Notes: generated from the sequence alone by a model not told the origin. Positions 1 through 13,757 are shown, counted from the first letter of the stretch. The stretch is 64,000 nucleotides of DNA from Octopus sinensis (GCF_006345805.1 NC_043005.1:44082001-44146000), one strand, 5' to 3'. Numbers and translations are program-made.

Positions 1-626
1 AATTATACACAAACATACATGTATGCATACATAGATTCACACACACACATTGGTCAACTCAGAACTGTAGCAGAATACACTTTTCCATGCCTCTGACTAT
101 AATTATTTAATTAGACTTTTTCATGAAAAGGAAATAGATAACTGACTATTGTTTTATAATAAATGACGTAGAAGTTATCCATCATTGAAAAACCTAACAT
201 CATGTTGAATAATTACAAAATTAAAACAGAAAATGATCAAATCAAATACTACTGCTTTTTTTATCCCTTTATAAATTCTTTTCCAACAAAATCAGTTAAA
301 TTTGATTTGTTTTTAGTACTTTTAATCATTTCTGTCTCTTTGGATTTCCTTGTTTCTCTTTGTCAGAGGAATACTAAAAATGATATTTCTGTGTGGGTAT
401 ATAAAATGTGGAGAAACTAAAGATAATATAGTAGGGTTTTAACTCTGGTTACCTGAGGATACACATGTATACAGATATTATTGAATCATATTAATAGAAT
501 ATTCCATATAATTTTATCTAACATTCAGTAATTAACAGCAGATAATGAAGCATTGAAACAATTGTAGCAATTTGTAATAAAGCCTGTTCAATCCATATTC
601 TCACAATAAATTTTTATATATATACA

Positions 627-1420
627 CTAGCAGAGATACTCAGCATTGCTCGGGATTAAAATGACATAGTTTGTATATATTACAGTTATGTTGAAACAGG
701 TGATATGGGAAAGTGCAGCATTGACAACAAAACATTTGCGGAGTAAATGATGGACTAATTCGACTAAGCAACATGCTATGCGTCTGTTTGGAGTATTTCA
801 GGCCCTAACCTGTCATGGAAAATTGGAGGTAGGGAGTAATGTGATTTTTGAACGCACCGAAAAGCTGTCAGTGGATATACTCACGTTTGCAGTAGTCAGT
901 ACTGTGTCTAACACGATCCATTATCTGAAATTTTAACACCTCCTTCGGGTTTGTTGTCCTACATCACTCATAAAGTAAATTTGGATGAACTGTGATTGTT
1001 CATTTGTGGGTAACAGGGAACCAATGAGGTGATAGACTTGCTCTTGAACTTTGACGTAAGTGTAAATTCATGTTTATCTATCTTCTTAGATGCACCAAAT
1101 GATGTCATTTGAAATGCAGAGTTGTGTTTTCTGAGATTGTTCAGAAAATCCTTTGACTGGATGGAAGTACCTTTTAGAAGAGGCTGAAGGAGCTGGTAGT
1201 GCTGACAATGTTACCTGACTGCCTGAGCAGCACATACTATTTGTTCCAATTGAAAATTTAAAAGCTCTAGAGAAATGACAATTTGTGTTTAGCACACCAC
1301 TTTGGACAGAGTTATCATTTTTATAAGAATGGGATGGATCATATCTGAAAACAGCTTCCTGGAGCTGTGAAGAACGAATTTGTTCATAGTCTGCTTCTGA
1401 GAGCTATTCTACTGGACCTC
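627..1420 (-). mobile_element. Decayed, internally deleted Helitron (N-terminal Rep region plus 3' terminus)
   Basis: Minus-strand translation gives AVFRYDPSHSY...CHFSRAFKF...MCCSGSQVTL, then NSAFQMTSFGA and VKVQEQVYHLIGSLLP...FIQIYFM, which are typical Helitron N-terminal motifs, with frameshifts. It ends in a degenerate hairpin (cccgagcaatgctgagt) followed by CTAG|T at 630-626. Confidence 0.85.
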
Positions 1421-1444
1421 TGTCTACATACATAAAATGAAACA

Positions 1445-1835
1445 TACAAATCTGCACACATACATACATGCATACATACCTACCTACATACATACATACA
1501 TACATATATACATACATACATACATACATACATACACACATACAAACAGAAATTCCCTGTTGTTGATGTTGAAATTGCAATGAAGGAGCCTTGGATCTAG
1601 ATTATAAACCGGTTCTATCCCTATTAGCAAGAAATCTTGAAATAATGACTTACATTGAATGACTTACATACATCATATATACATACATGCATACATACAT
1701 ACACCATATAAACATACATAAATACATGCATGCATGCATGCATGCATACATACATACATACATACATACATACATACATACATACATACATACATACATG
1801 CATGCATGCATGAATGCATACACACATACATATAC
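1445..1835. repeat. (TACA)n/(TGCA)n microsatellite cluster with an embedded short interspersed repeat
   Basis: Directly visible tetranucleotide runs on both sides of a ~100-bp non-repetitive segment. Confidence 0.85.
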
Positions 1836-2328
1836 ATGGTCAAGCAGTTGCCAACTAAACCAGTAACCCTACCAAGATTGTGTCAGCATGGGTTGTAAGC
1901 TCTCTAACCTCCATATCTGCACGAAGTGTGGAGGTCCCAGACATGACTGCAAAAACTACATAAAGCACACCAACATACTTTTCTGTGCACATGAGAGGGT
2001 TATACTATTTTGAGAACCCTAGAGAAATGTTCAGAAACGATGGCCTTTATCAGAGATCCTTTATCTTAACATCATAAATTTGTTGAAACTTATAGTCTTT
2101 AGTGGATGGTTAATCATATTAAAAGTAGTGGACGATGCTTGTATGAAATGAAAATTAGATGCGATGTCATTAATACATAGAATAATCAAATGTATATAGG
2201 GCCAACTGACAGTTTGTCTACTGATATCTAAATCTTGTCCATTCATACTGGAACCAAGCATCTACTCTTGTGTGTGTGTACATGTGTGTGTATCTATATA
2301 CATATAAACAGTCACATACATATATGTG

Positions 2329-2362
<34 letters not shown>

Positions 2363-2504
2363 TGTATGTATGTATGTATGAATGTCTATATGAATACTTT
2401 TCCATTCTTGCCAAGTGTAAAACTAATACACTTATACACCTGCTTATTGTTTCTACACCTGTCTTTTTCTTTTGTTTTCTGTAAATTTGAACTATATGTA
2501 TATA

Positions 2505-2897
2505 TTCTTTTATTCTTATATTTGTTTCAGTCATTTGACTGCGACCTTGAAGAATTTTAGTCAAACAAATCAACACCAGTTTTAAACCTAGTACTTATTC
2601 TATCAGTCTCATTTGTTGAACTGCTAAGTTACAGAGACGTAAACGCATCAACCCCAGTTGTCAAGTGGTTATAGGAAGACATATACATACACACCAACAC
2701 ACACAAAAATAGATATATACATACATATATATATATGTTGGGCATCTTTCAGTTCCCATCTATCAAATTCACTCACAAAGCTTTTGGTCAGCCTGAGGCT
2801 ATAGCAGAAGACACTTGCCCAAGGTGCCATACACTGGAGTTGAGCCCAGAATCATGGGGTTGGGAAGCAAGTTTCTTACCACACAGCCACGCCTGCC
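2505..2897 (-). mobile_element. tRNA-derived SINE, family A (internal microsatellite)
   Basis: Reverse complement of the full-length copy at 18321-18750. Confidence 0.85.
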
Positions 2898-2929
2898 ATA
2901 TAAATATATCTTTTATATTTTATTTTTTA

Positions 2930-3270
2930 TCTTTTACTTGTTTCAGCCATTAGAAGAATATTAGGTGAAAGAACCGACCCTACTTTTTATTTAATTATTT
3001 TTCAATCCTGGTACTTCATCTATCAGTTTGTTTTTGGCTAGCTGCTAAGTTATGAGAATGTAAACCCTCCAACACTGGTTGTCTAGGGATGATGGAGTAC
3101 AAACACTGACATAAAGATGCACACACAGACACACACACTTATATATATGACAGGCTTCTTTGAGTTTCCGCCTACCAAATACACTAACAAGGCTTCTTGC
3201 CCAAGATTCTATGCAATGGGACTGAACCTAGAACATGTGTGGAAAACAAACTCCTTACCACACAGCGACA
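2930..3270 (-). mobile_element. SINE family A, diverged copy
   Basis: Shares the gctaagttat...acactggttgtc and ccacacagc head blocks with family A. Confidence 0.7.
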
Positions 3271-3339
3271 TCTGTGCCTATATTATTTATGATATTTATA
3301 CATGCATATGCACACATACATACATATATATATATATAT

Positions 3340-4557
3340 AAAATTTATAAAAATATGGTAAAGTAAAAAAATTCACTTTACCACACACCGAACTTTTCAG
3401 AAATAGCAGCCAAAAATTTGGCTATTTCTTCAACTGCAAATGCATTGTCTGGAGACTTTTATTTTCTGAGTTATTTTCTGAGTATGCATTGTCTGGAGAC
3501 TTTTATATATATATATATATATATATGTTTGTATGTATATGCACAAATATATATATTTTACCTTGTTTTACTTGTTTCAGTCATTTGACAGTTGCTGGAG
3601 CACTGCTTTGAGGGGTTTTAGTTGACCCCAGGACTTATTCTTTGTAAGCCCAGTATTTATTCTATCGGTATCTTTTGCTGAACCACTAAGTTATGGGGAC
3701 GTAGACACACCAGCATCACTTGTCAAGTGACAGTGGCGGAGGTTACAAACACAGACTCAAAGACACACATAGACACACAATCACATACATGTACATATAC
3801 AACATGCTTCTTTCAGTTTCCATCTACCAAATTTACTCACAAGGCTTTGGTTGGCTCGAAGTTATAGTAAAAGACACTTGCCCAAGGTGCCACACAGTGA
3901 GACTGAACCCAGAACCATGTGGTTGAGAAGCAAGCTTCTAACCATGCAGCCACACCTGCACCAATGCATATATATTTATAAATTTATACATATAATATGT
4001 ATATATCTGTATGTAAAACTATATACATTTATGTATGTATGTTTGTTCATAAAAAGATATCTTATGATATTGTTTCATCATGGCTATGCCCCATTATCTC
4101 AAGATCACTTATGCCTCTTTTCACTTATGAGAGAGATACAAACAAAGGCTTGCTATAATTAATCTAAACCCTTTAAAAGCAGTGCCCCAGCATGGCCTCA
4201 GCTCAATGATTAAAATGAGGAAATGAATAAAAATATAACATATTCATAGATAATGAGAATTAATAATCAGATGATGTAAATTTTATAATAAATATAGAAT
4301 AAAAATTATGTAAGACACCATACATCATAGAAAATGATTAACTATATACCATATTATAAGCATGTGTCTGTTGTTTGTGTATAAGTATGTATGTGTTAGT
4401 GTATACTTCACACACATACATATATATGCATATATACATATTAAGACACACACGCATATACATACACACATATACAACTATGTGCATGTGTGTATGTATA
4501 TATATATATATACATACATATATATATATATATATATATCTGTATATCTATATATAT

Positions 4558-4610
<53 letters not shown>

Positions 4611-5947
4611 TATATATATTATATATGTATATAAGTATATAGGTATGTGTGTGTGTATATATATTCACACACACACACACATACACCATAAGTCTTCTTA
4701 TGTGCACAGTGAACAGCATATCTCATCATATACATACACAACACACACATAATCTCTTAGAATTCTTTATATATGTATATCTATATATATATATATATAT
4801 ATATAAATTTATAAAAATATGGTAAAGTAAAAAAATTCACTTTACCACACACCGAACTTTTCAGAAATAGCAGCCAAAAATTTGGCTATTTCTTCAACTG
4901 CAAATGCATTGTCTGGAGACTTTTATTTTCTGAGTTATTTTCTGAGTATGCATTGTCTGGAGACTTTTATATATATATATATATATATGTTTGTATGTAT
5001 ATGCACAAATATATATATTTTACCTTGTTTTACTTGTTTCAGTCATTTGACAGTTGCTGGAGCACTGCTTTGAGGGATTTTAGTTGACCCCAGGACTTAT
5101 TCTTTGTAAGCCCAGTATTTATTCTATCGGTATATTTTGCTGAACCACTAAGTTATGGGGACGTAGACACACCAGCATCACTTGTCAAGTGACAGTGGTG
5201 GAGGTTACAAACACAGACTCAAAGACACACATAGACACACAATCACATACATGTACATATACAACATGCTTCTTTCAGTTTCCATCTATCAAATTTACTC
5301 ACAAGGCTTTGGTTGGCTCGAAGCTATAGTAAAAGACACTTGCTCAAGGTGCCACACAGTGAGACTGAACCCAGAACCATGTGGTTGAGAAGCAAGCTTC
5401 TAACCATGCAGCCACACCTGCACCAATGCATATATATTTATAAATTTATACATATAATATGTATATAGCTGTATGTAAAGCTATATACATTTATGTATGT
5501 GTGTTTGTTCATAAAAGATATCTTATGATATTGTTTTATCATGGCTATGCCCCATTATCTCAAGATCACTTATGCCTCTTTTCACTTATGAGAGAGATAC
5601 AAACAAAGGCTTGCTATAATTAATCTAAACCCTTTAAAAGCAGTGCCCCAGCATGGCCTCAGCTCAATGATTAAAATGAGAAAATGAATAAAAATATAAC
5701 ATATTCATAGATAATGAGAATTAATAATCAGATGATGTAAATTTTATAATAAATATAGAATAAAAATTATGTAAGACACCATACAGCATAGAAAATGATT
5801 AACTATATACCATATTATAATTATGTGTGTGTTGTTTGTGTATGTATGTGTTAGTGTATACTTCACACACATACATATATATGCATATATACATATTAAG
5901 ACACACAAACATATACATACATACATGTACAACTATGTGCATGTGTG

Positions 5948-5990
<43 letters not shown>

Positions 5991-6207
5991 GTATATCATC
6001 GTTTAGCGTCCGCTTTCCATGCTAGCATATACATGTATATATATATCTGTATATATGTATATATGCACGTATATGTGTGTGTGTATATATATTCACACAC
6101 ACACACACATACACCATAAGTCTTCTTATGTGCACAGTGAACAGCATATCTCATCATATACATACACAACACACACATAATCTCTTAGAATTCTTTATAT
6201 ATGTATA

Positions 6208-6230
<23 letters not shown>
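3340..6230. repeat. Tandem duplication, unit ~1.43-1.46 kb
   Basis: 3340-4800 and 4800-6230 are nearly identical. ORFs 3720..3926 and 5182..5388 are offset by 1462 bp. The junctions lie in (TA)n. Confidence 0.95.
3560..3965 (-). mobile_element. SINE family A (duplicated at ~5025-5425)
   Basis: Sequence similarity to 18321-18750. Confidence 0.85.
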
Positions 6231-6241
<11 letters not shown>

Positions 6242-6879
6242 CATATATATGTACACACATATATATGCACATACATATACATAAATATTTATATACACAT
6301 ATTTATGTACATGTATATATACATGTACATAATATGCGTGAGTGTATATATATATATAGGTGTGTGTGTAAATATACATATATATATATATACATACATA
6401 TCTATACACAAACATACATAGATGCACACACACATACACATATGCATATATGCATACACACACACACACACACACACGCACATACGCACACATTATAGTC
6501 CATGCTACAAATCAATTTTGGGGTTACAACTCCTAAAGAGAAAATATGGGCTTCAAAACAATGGTTCTTCATTTCAAGCTAGTTTTGTCTCAGCTTCAAT
6601 TGACTAAGAACAATGCATGCTCTCTCCTGACATAGGTTCCCTGCTGCAGACTAATGGCAAAACTGAAGAATTGACACTTTCAGAAGAGCAAGCAGTGGAG
6701 GAGGTTACAAGGGTGGGGTGGGGAGGATGGTGTGGTGTGGCGTGGTGTGGGGTGTGTGGGAGTGGAGTGGGGATGGAAAGAAAGAGGTAAGTTGAGAGGC
6801 CTACTGATTACTGTAAAAGTTGATGGAAGAGGAGAAAGATGAGACAGTAATGAAAGTGGTGATTTTCAATAGCACCAGA

Positions 6880-7240
6880 AGTTGTGGTGTTGATGGTGGT
6901 GGTGGTGGTGATGGTGGTGATGGTGATAGCGCCGACAACATCAGCAGTGGCAGTGGCATTGGTGGTGTTGATGATGATGATGATGATGATGATTATGATG
7001 ATGATTATGATGATGATTATGATGATGATTATGATGGTGGTTGTGATGGTTTTGGTTTTGGTACTGGGGTGCTTGTGGCGATGATGATGATGGTGTTGGT
7101 GATAGTGGTGGTGATGGTGGTTGTGGTGGTGGTTGTGGTGCTGGTAGTGGTGGTGGTGGTGATACTGGTGGTGCTGGTGCTGGTGGTGGTTGTGGTGATG
7201 ATGATGGTGTTGATTTAAAGAAAGGAATGGTGGTGGTGGT
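6880..7240. repeat. Compound (GGT)n/(GAT)n trinucleotide microsatellite
   Basis: Directly visible; it accounts for the His/Asp/Val-rich pseudo-ORFs. Confidence 0.9.
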
Positions 7241-8219
7241 GAAAGGGGGGGGGGTGAGGGAACTCCCACTGCTGCTTTATTTGCTGAACTTTATCAAGAT
7301 ACTGTTTAGCTGTGCAAAGGAGTAATTGATTATGATAATGATATCAGAAGAGAAACGGCCAAAACAAGAAAGCACTACAGAAACTAGAAAGTACACACGC
7401 ACACACACACATATACACAACACAACACACACAATACATAAGCAGACAACTCACACACATTCTCAGTACAGAGAATGTGGGATGTCTAGTATATGCAGAT
7501 GAAAATAGGCGACCTCCTCCATTTCTTGTACAAAACAAAACTGACAAAATTATACATAGAAATAACTTGTATTGGCATATTTTTGGTAACAAAGGTCAGA
7601 ATGGAATTTAAAGTAAAACTGCAACAAGATCTAAGCAAGATATAAATGCATTTAGTTGCAGTTTTTGTCAGATTTATGCATGTTGCTAACATATATGCAT
7701 GTACAGCTTAGGGAATATGATAGAAGTTTAAAATGGCAAGCAGATGGATAAACTTTTTTTTGCTTTTGTTTTATCTAGTAATTTTTCAAACATTATTATT
7801 GGGTTTATTTTAAGGTCTTCTATTACAAATAATAATAAGAACTACAGTCTTTTTAATCCCTGTCTGAAACTGCTGTTGCTTGACTTTGTCTTGGACAAGA
7901 GCCTGGATGTTGGTTATATCATACAGGGTAATAAGAGCGTAGTGTTATAGAGAATTTGTAGTGGGCTGTTTTGACTTTTATTCAGATTCAAGATCATCTG
8001 TGACATTAAAATATTTGAGATTGCCTACTGAAGAAAGAGGAAAGAATAACATATTTTTAAAAAGCAAAAAAAAAGTGAATATTTTTCATGTCATGTCTAA
8101 CCCAAAATAGTTATTTGCCAGCCAGAGATTCACACACATGCACATATATAGATACAGCATGTATGTTTGTTTGTGTGTGTGTGCGTGCTTGCATGTTCAA
8201 GTAAGTATATACATATACA

Positions 8220-8550
8220 TGGTGCCAGGTCCGCCTGACTGGCTCCTGTGCCGGTGGCACGCAAAATGCACCATCCGAACATGGCCGATGCCAGTACCTC
8301 ACTGACTGGCTCACATGGCGGTGGCATGGCAAAAGCACTGTCTGAACGTGATCGATGCCAGAAGTGCCTGACTGCACCCCCCCCCCCCACCTTGCTGGTG
8401 GCACATAAAAGCACCATTTGAACGTGGCCAATGCCAGTACCCCATGATTGGCTCCTGTGTTGGTAGCATATAAAAAGCACCCTCTACACTCTCAGAGTGG
8501 TTGGCATTAGGAAGGGCATCCAGCTGTAGAAACATTGCCAGATCAGATTG
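8220..8550 (+). mobile_element. SINE family C (RTE-like tail) with a diverged internal tandem array
   Basis: Repeated gtggcac...aaaagcacc units followed by gagtggttggcattaggaagggcatccagctgtagaaac. Confidence 0.75.
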
Positions 8551-9800
8551 CTTAATATTTACTGAGTATTAATTAAGACGACTGTAAGTGAAGATGATTA
8601 ATTTGCTGTTAATAATAAACAATTATTAACTTCCCAATCTCTATTTTCTTTATCTTCTTATATATATATATATAATATATATATATATATATACACATAT
8701 ATGAATATAATCAAAAGGGTAATAATATAGATTACTACCAGTGGCCCAGCACAAAGGACGAATTAGTCATTAGACAAAATATTATTCATATAGAAAAATA
8801 TTATTCATGTAGAAATATAATTAAGGGCTCCTAAATAAGGATGCCAAGTGCTAGGGACACAAAAAAGGGATAAATTTATCGAGAGTGAAAATCAAAAACA
8901 TTTACCAATAACGATACATCTCGGACTGATATCAGTTTCTACCTCTTTCTAGCAAAACAGACAGAATATGTTTGCTAAGGCTGGTTTCATCAGCGAGACG
9001 CCTAAGTTAAATCGAGATGCGCAGCACGTTAGACCATGTGTCGATCTAAACAACTTGCAGATCTTAACTTTTCAAATCTCTGTGCAGACGCAAAATCTAC
9101 CCGGCGATAAAGGACATGCCGGGAAAAATTTTTACAAATATATATATATATTTGTATGCATACACACATACACACACACACATGCATACATGTATGTAAT
9201 ATGTTCGCATGTATGTGTATGTGTATGTATGTATGTATGAGTGCATGTTTGATGTGTGTGTGTATTTGTATGTATGTATATATATATATATATATATACA
9301 CATCTGTCTACTTATCCATACATATATGCATGTATCTATCTATCTGTCAGTTATTTGTAACATCAATCAACGCCTTGTTTATATCTACCGATGTCAGAGA
9401 CATAGAATTTTCTTCTGTGCATGAAGGCGGTGGCAACAATGCACTATTGAAATGGCAGAAATGCATCTAATGCTCTCACTGGCAGCTGCCAAGATGAATT
9501 TTCATCTCACTCTGATATTTATTGTGTCCATAAGAGATGTTATCTCAGGATAAATACCACAGTAACATGCCTATCAATAGTGTATATACATTAAGTATGA
9601 TACATTGATGGCTATTTTAATTAAATACTACCTCAATTGTATTCTCCACATGCCTGTGTGCATCTGTTGTATTGTGTTTCTCCTCTAGCACCACTTGATA
9701 GCTGGTGTTGGTTTGTTTACATCTCTGTAATTTAGCATGTCAGCAAATGAGACCAAATGAATAAGTCCCAGACAAATCCCTTCAATACAGTTCCCCAGTA

Positions 9801-10104
9801 TTGTTTGTTCCTTCTCGAGCCATGCCTGGCTCATAAGGGCCAGTTTCCTGGTTTCCTTGGCGTATAGGATCCCCACCTGGACAGGACGCCGGTCTGTCGC
9901 AGGTGAGCTGCAAGATGCAGGAGGAAAGAGTGAGAGAAAGTTGTGGCGAAAGAGTCAGCAGAAGTTCACCATTACCTTCTGCCGGAGCCGTGTGGAGCTT
10001 AGGTGTTTCGCTCATAAACACACACATCGCCCGGTTTGAGATTCTAACCCACGATCCCTTGACCACGAGTTTGCTGCTCTAACCACTAGGCCATGTGCCC
10101 TCCG
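9801..10104 (-). mobile_element. tRNA-derived SINE, family D, inserted in a family A tail
   Basis: tRNA-like head (tggcctagtggttagagc...gggttagaatc) on the minus strand; flanked by a 13-bp direct repeat cagt(t/g)ccccagta at 9788-9800 and 10105-10117. Confidence 0.85.
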
Positions 10105-10565
10105 CAGTGCCCCAGTATGGCTGAAATCAAAAGACTGAAAGAAATAAAAGATGAGAGATACAAAAACCAAAGTACATGTCAAAAGAATGATACAATATGC
10201 ACCACTGCGTGTACTTGTGGTTTGAAAGGCAGCAAGCTGGCAGAGCTGTTAGGATGTTGGGCAAAAAGCTTAGTGACATTTCATCTGTCATCATGCTCTG
10301 AGTTGAAATTCTGTCAAGGTCAACTTTGCCTGTCATCCTTTAAAGGTTAATAAAATAGGTGCTAGTCAAGCACTGGGGTTGACGTAATCAACTTATACCT
10401 TCCCTTGAGACTGTTGGCCTTGTGCCAAAATTTGAAACTAATGTTTATGGTCTGATTCCTGTCAGAAGTATGAACAAGTACACCACACTACTGCATATTG
10501 TAAGAGGCAACTGAAATGGTTTTGACAGGAAAGACATCTGGCTGCATAACACTGCCTTAGTAAAC

Positions 10566-10914
10566 TAGGGATTCTCAACAATTTTTTTCTATGAGACCCT
10601 TTGGTTACTATTTTATTCTGGTGCACCCCTATAGCTATTCGAAGTCTAAAAACTAGTTGTATAGAAGCTTCTTTCAAGATTCCTGTTTTGCTTTCTGTAC
10701 ATTAACTTGTGAATGTTGAACTATGTAAAACATTAGAGATAGAAACCTAGCAGTTTCTTGCAATACATATCCATACATACATCAAAAGCCAAATTTCTTT
10801 CAAGGGCCCTTAAAATACTATTGTGGACCCCCAATCTACTATTTTGCCATATGGATCCCCATAAATCTTATATGGACTTTCAGGGGCCATATGGACCCTG
10901 GCTGAGAACCATTG
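10566..10914. mobile_element. Possible hAT-like MITE
   Basis: Imperfect terminal inverted repeats tagggattctcaac / gctgagaaccattg; TSD not clear. Confidence 0.35.
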
Positions 10915-11869
10915 ATTTAACCAATGCCTGTTTAGATGTAAAACATTGATAATGATGATTTTTAGCAGAAGTTATTATATTCCTTCTCTATTTCTTCACT
11001 ATTTTTAGCTTTTACTTTTAGAAAACAGAACATTTTATTAATGGGCAACTTAAACGGTTTGTGACTGGAAGGAAGGACATCTGACTACAAAATACTACCT
11101 TAATAAACCATTTTATACAATGCCTGCATAGATGTAAAACATTGATAATAATTATGATTTTTGGAAGTTATAATATTCCTTCACTTTTCCTTCTCTGTTT
11201 TTTTTGCTTCTACATTCAGAAAACAACTTTTTATTGCCTCTGTAAGAAATCAATAATATTTTCCTTAAAAATCTCAACCAGTAATACACAATCTAATCCA
11301 CACACTTATTAGATATTACTCAAGTGACAGTCTAATAAGTAGAATTTTTCATTTTTTCCACGAAGAAAACATTAAATATAAACGGTATTAAATTGATAAA
11401 TTGCTGCTTTCACACCTGTCCGTCATTTTTTTCCTGTTTTGTTTTTTTCACATTTCAGTAATATATTTTCAATAACCATGTCTAAACAAAAATGAATATT
11501 GCATGGGCGTCATCAGGAAATGAGGAGTATTTTCAATTAATAAAATGGATCCATCATTATCTGTCTAATTTGCAAGAACGCAAAATTAAAATAAATACAG
11601 AAGCTGCAAAGAGATTTGTCTAAATTTGCTAACCTCCACCACTTCTCTTGGTTTTGTGTTTTGAATTTTTGTGTATTAATATCTTCACTTTTACATTTCA
11701 TTATTGGAATGGGTCGAAAGAGACATATTAAAGCAGTATTTTCTGACTGGATGTTCTTTCTGTTGCCAACCTCTACTTTAAATATTAGAAATGAAAAAAT
11801 ATATAAATACGTCTGAAAAATTGCAGGTGCATTGTTTAAGTAGTCAAGGCAGGGAGTGGATAATTCACT

Positions 11870-12250
11870 TCACGATGATGAGGATGAGGATGATGATGAT
11901 GACGATGATGATGATGACGATGATGATGATGATGATGATGACAATGATAATGACAACAATTATTACGATGATGGCGACAGTGGTAATGGTGATGGTGGTG
12001 GTGGCGGCGGTGATGGTGGCGATGTTGGTGGTTGTGGTGGTGGTAGTGGTGGTTGTGGTGGTTGTGGTGGTGGTTGTGGTGGTGGTGGTGGTAGTGGTGG
12101 TGGTGGTGGTGGTGGTGGTGGTTATAGTGGTGGTGGTGATGGTAGATGCTTTGGTGGTCATGGTTGTGGTGGTGGTAGTGGTGGTGGTGGTGGTGGTGGC
12201 AGTGGTTGTTGTTGTTGTTGTTGTTGTGGTGGTGGTGGTGATGATGATAA
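11870..12250. repeat. Compound (GAT)n-(GGT)n-(GTT)n microsatellite
   Basis: Directly visible. Confidence 0.9.
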
Positions 12251-12702
12251 GAAAAATGTTGTTTAGCTCCAAGTGGGCTCTGAACCAAAAGAATCTGATC
12301 AAAGGCATTCCGAGTATGCCTGACCATCTGAGAGTTTTTTTTTTTTTTTTTTTGGCAGGTACAACTGAACGCATTTTTTTTTTACTAAACCCATTTATTT
12401 TTCAAGTTTATGTTTTGCTTCTGACATCCCATTTTTTTGCATGTGTTTTCATATCCACATTTTAATGGTTGTATGAATATGTCTTTTATGCTTTTCATTT
12501 GCAATACATTGACTTTCTTTTCATATTTCATTTACTCAGATTTCATGATTACACAACATTCTACTGCAGTCTTTTTTTATGTCGCTTCTTTGGCTACTTT
12601 GTTTCTTCTGTCTTCTTTCTTTTTTTCTTTCTTCCATCATCATCATCATCATCATCACCATCTTTCTCTCTTACACCCTATTATTTTTTTGTGGCTTATT
12701 AG

Positions 12703-12905
12703 GTAGGGTGTTGAACTCTTGAGCATAAGATTGTGGTTTCAATTCCAGGACTGAGCAATGTGTTGTATTCTTGAGCAAAACACTACATTTCATGCTGCTC
12801 CAATCCACTCAGCTGGCAGAAGTGAGTATCCCTGTGACAGATTAGCATCCAATCCAGGGGGAGAATATATACACCACAGAAACCAGGAAACTAGCCCTGT
12901 GAGTC
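12703..12905 (+). mobile_element. tRNA-derived SINE, family E (related partial copy at ~32640-32760)
   Basis: Box A/B-like head, then gtgttgtattcttgagcaaaacac; the 3' block gaaaccaggaaactagccct is shared with family D. Confidence 0.65.
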
Positions 12906-13023
12906 TATATTATTTTACCTCTTCCTGCTCCTTCTTCTCTGAGCCTATTCTATTTATTTACTATTTTACTCTTTTATATTTACTTTCATTGTTTTTTTAT
13001 TTATCCAACACATATGATGTATG

Positions 13024-13058
<35 letters not shown>

Positions 13059-13079
13059 ATAATAATATAGGGTGAAATT

Positions 13080-13335
13080 AATTAATTTGGAATAATCATT
13101 AATTTCAAATTTTTATGCTTTCCTATGACTTAATTTCGAAGCGTACGTCCGTAGGTGACTTAATATAGAATGATTGTCGTCATTTCTTTCTCTTTTGCCT
13201 GCGTTATTTGCCTTTTAAGTGCTGTGGTTTTACTGGGATCTCCCTTTTAAGTAGAAAGAATAGCCATAATTCTTTGACTGCTATTTCTAAATTCGGTGTG
13301 TGGTGAGGCAAACCGTTGCTAAACCCTTAATTACT
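13080..13335. repeat. Interspersed repeat shared in reverse with 3355-3470 and 4818-4930 (PLE-tail-like)
   Basis: ctatttctaaattcggtgtgtggt is the reverse complement of accacacaccgaac...gaaatagcag. Confidence 0.55.
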
Positions 13336-13356
13336 TAGTATATATATATATATATA

Positions 13357-13667
13357 CAGCGATAGACTGGGTCTAAAAATATTGGTTACAAGGATACTAA
13401 GGGGTCCCACCTGTAACTACAATACTATCATTTATTATTTTATTTATTTATACATTATTTTTTGGTTAAAAGTATTCTTTCCAACTGTCTACAAACATAG
13501 CCAGGCAGAAATAATTAATGCATTCTTCCAGGAGTGAATAAAAAAAATTCTCAAACTTGAGGGGATGGGCCCCTTAGATACTAACATGGGCCTCCATATA
13601 TGGATTCTAATGGCACAGGGACCCACTTGCCATCAGGTAAGCTGGCAACTTGGCCAGTCTGCCACTG
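13357..13667. mobile_element. Possible TA-flanked MITE
   Basis: Imperfect TIRs cagcgatagactgg / ccagtctgccactg, with TA on both sides. Confidence 0.4.
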
Positions 13668-13669
13668 TA

Positions 13670-13671
13670 TA

Positions 13672-13757
<86 letters not shown>

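Noticed and set aside
6636-6712. Possible exon GSLLQTNGKTEELTLSEEQAVEEVTR
   Set aside because: The donor is weak and no partner exon or homology supports it.
6808-7269. His/Asp/Val/Thr-rich ORFs here and at 11791-12465, 26338-26807, 28956-29268, 50588-50843 and 53056-53361
   Set aside because: They are translations of trinucleotide microsatellites that are open in several frames and on both strands.
13120-13160. cctatga...gaagcgtacgtc as a decayed hammerhead; likewise 1570-1620
   Set aside because: The core has several substitutions and stems I/II are unconvincing in these copies.
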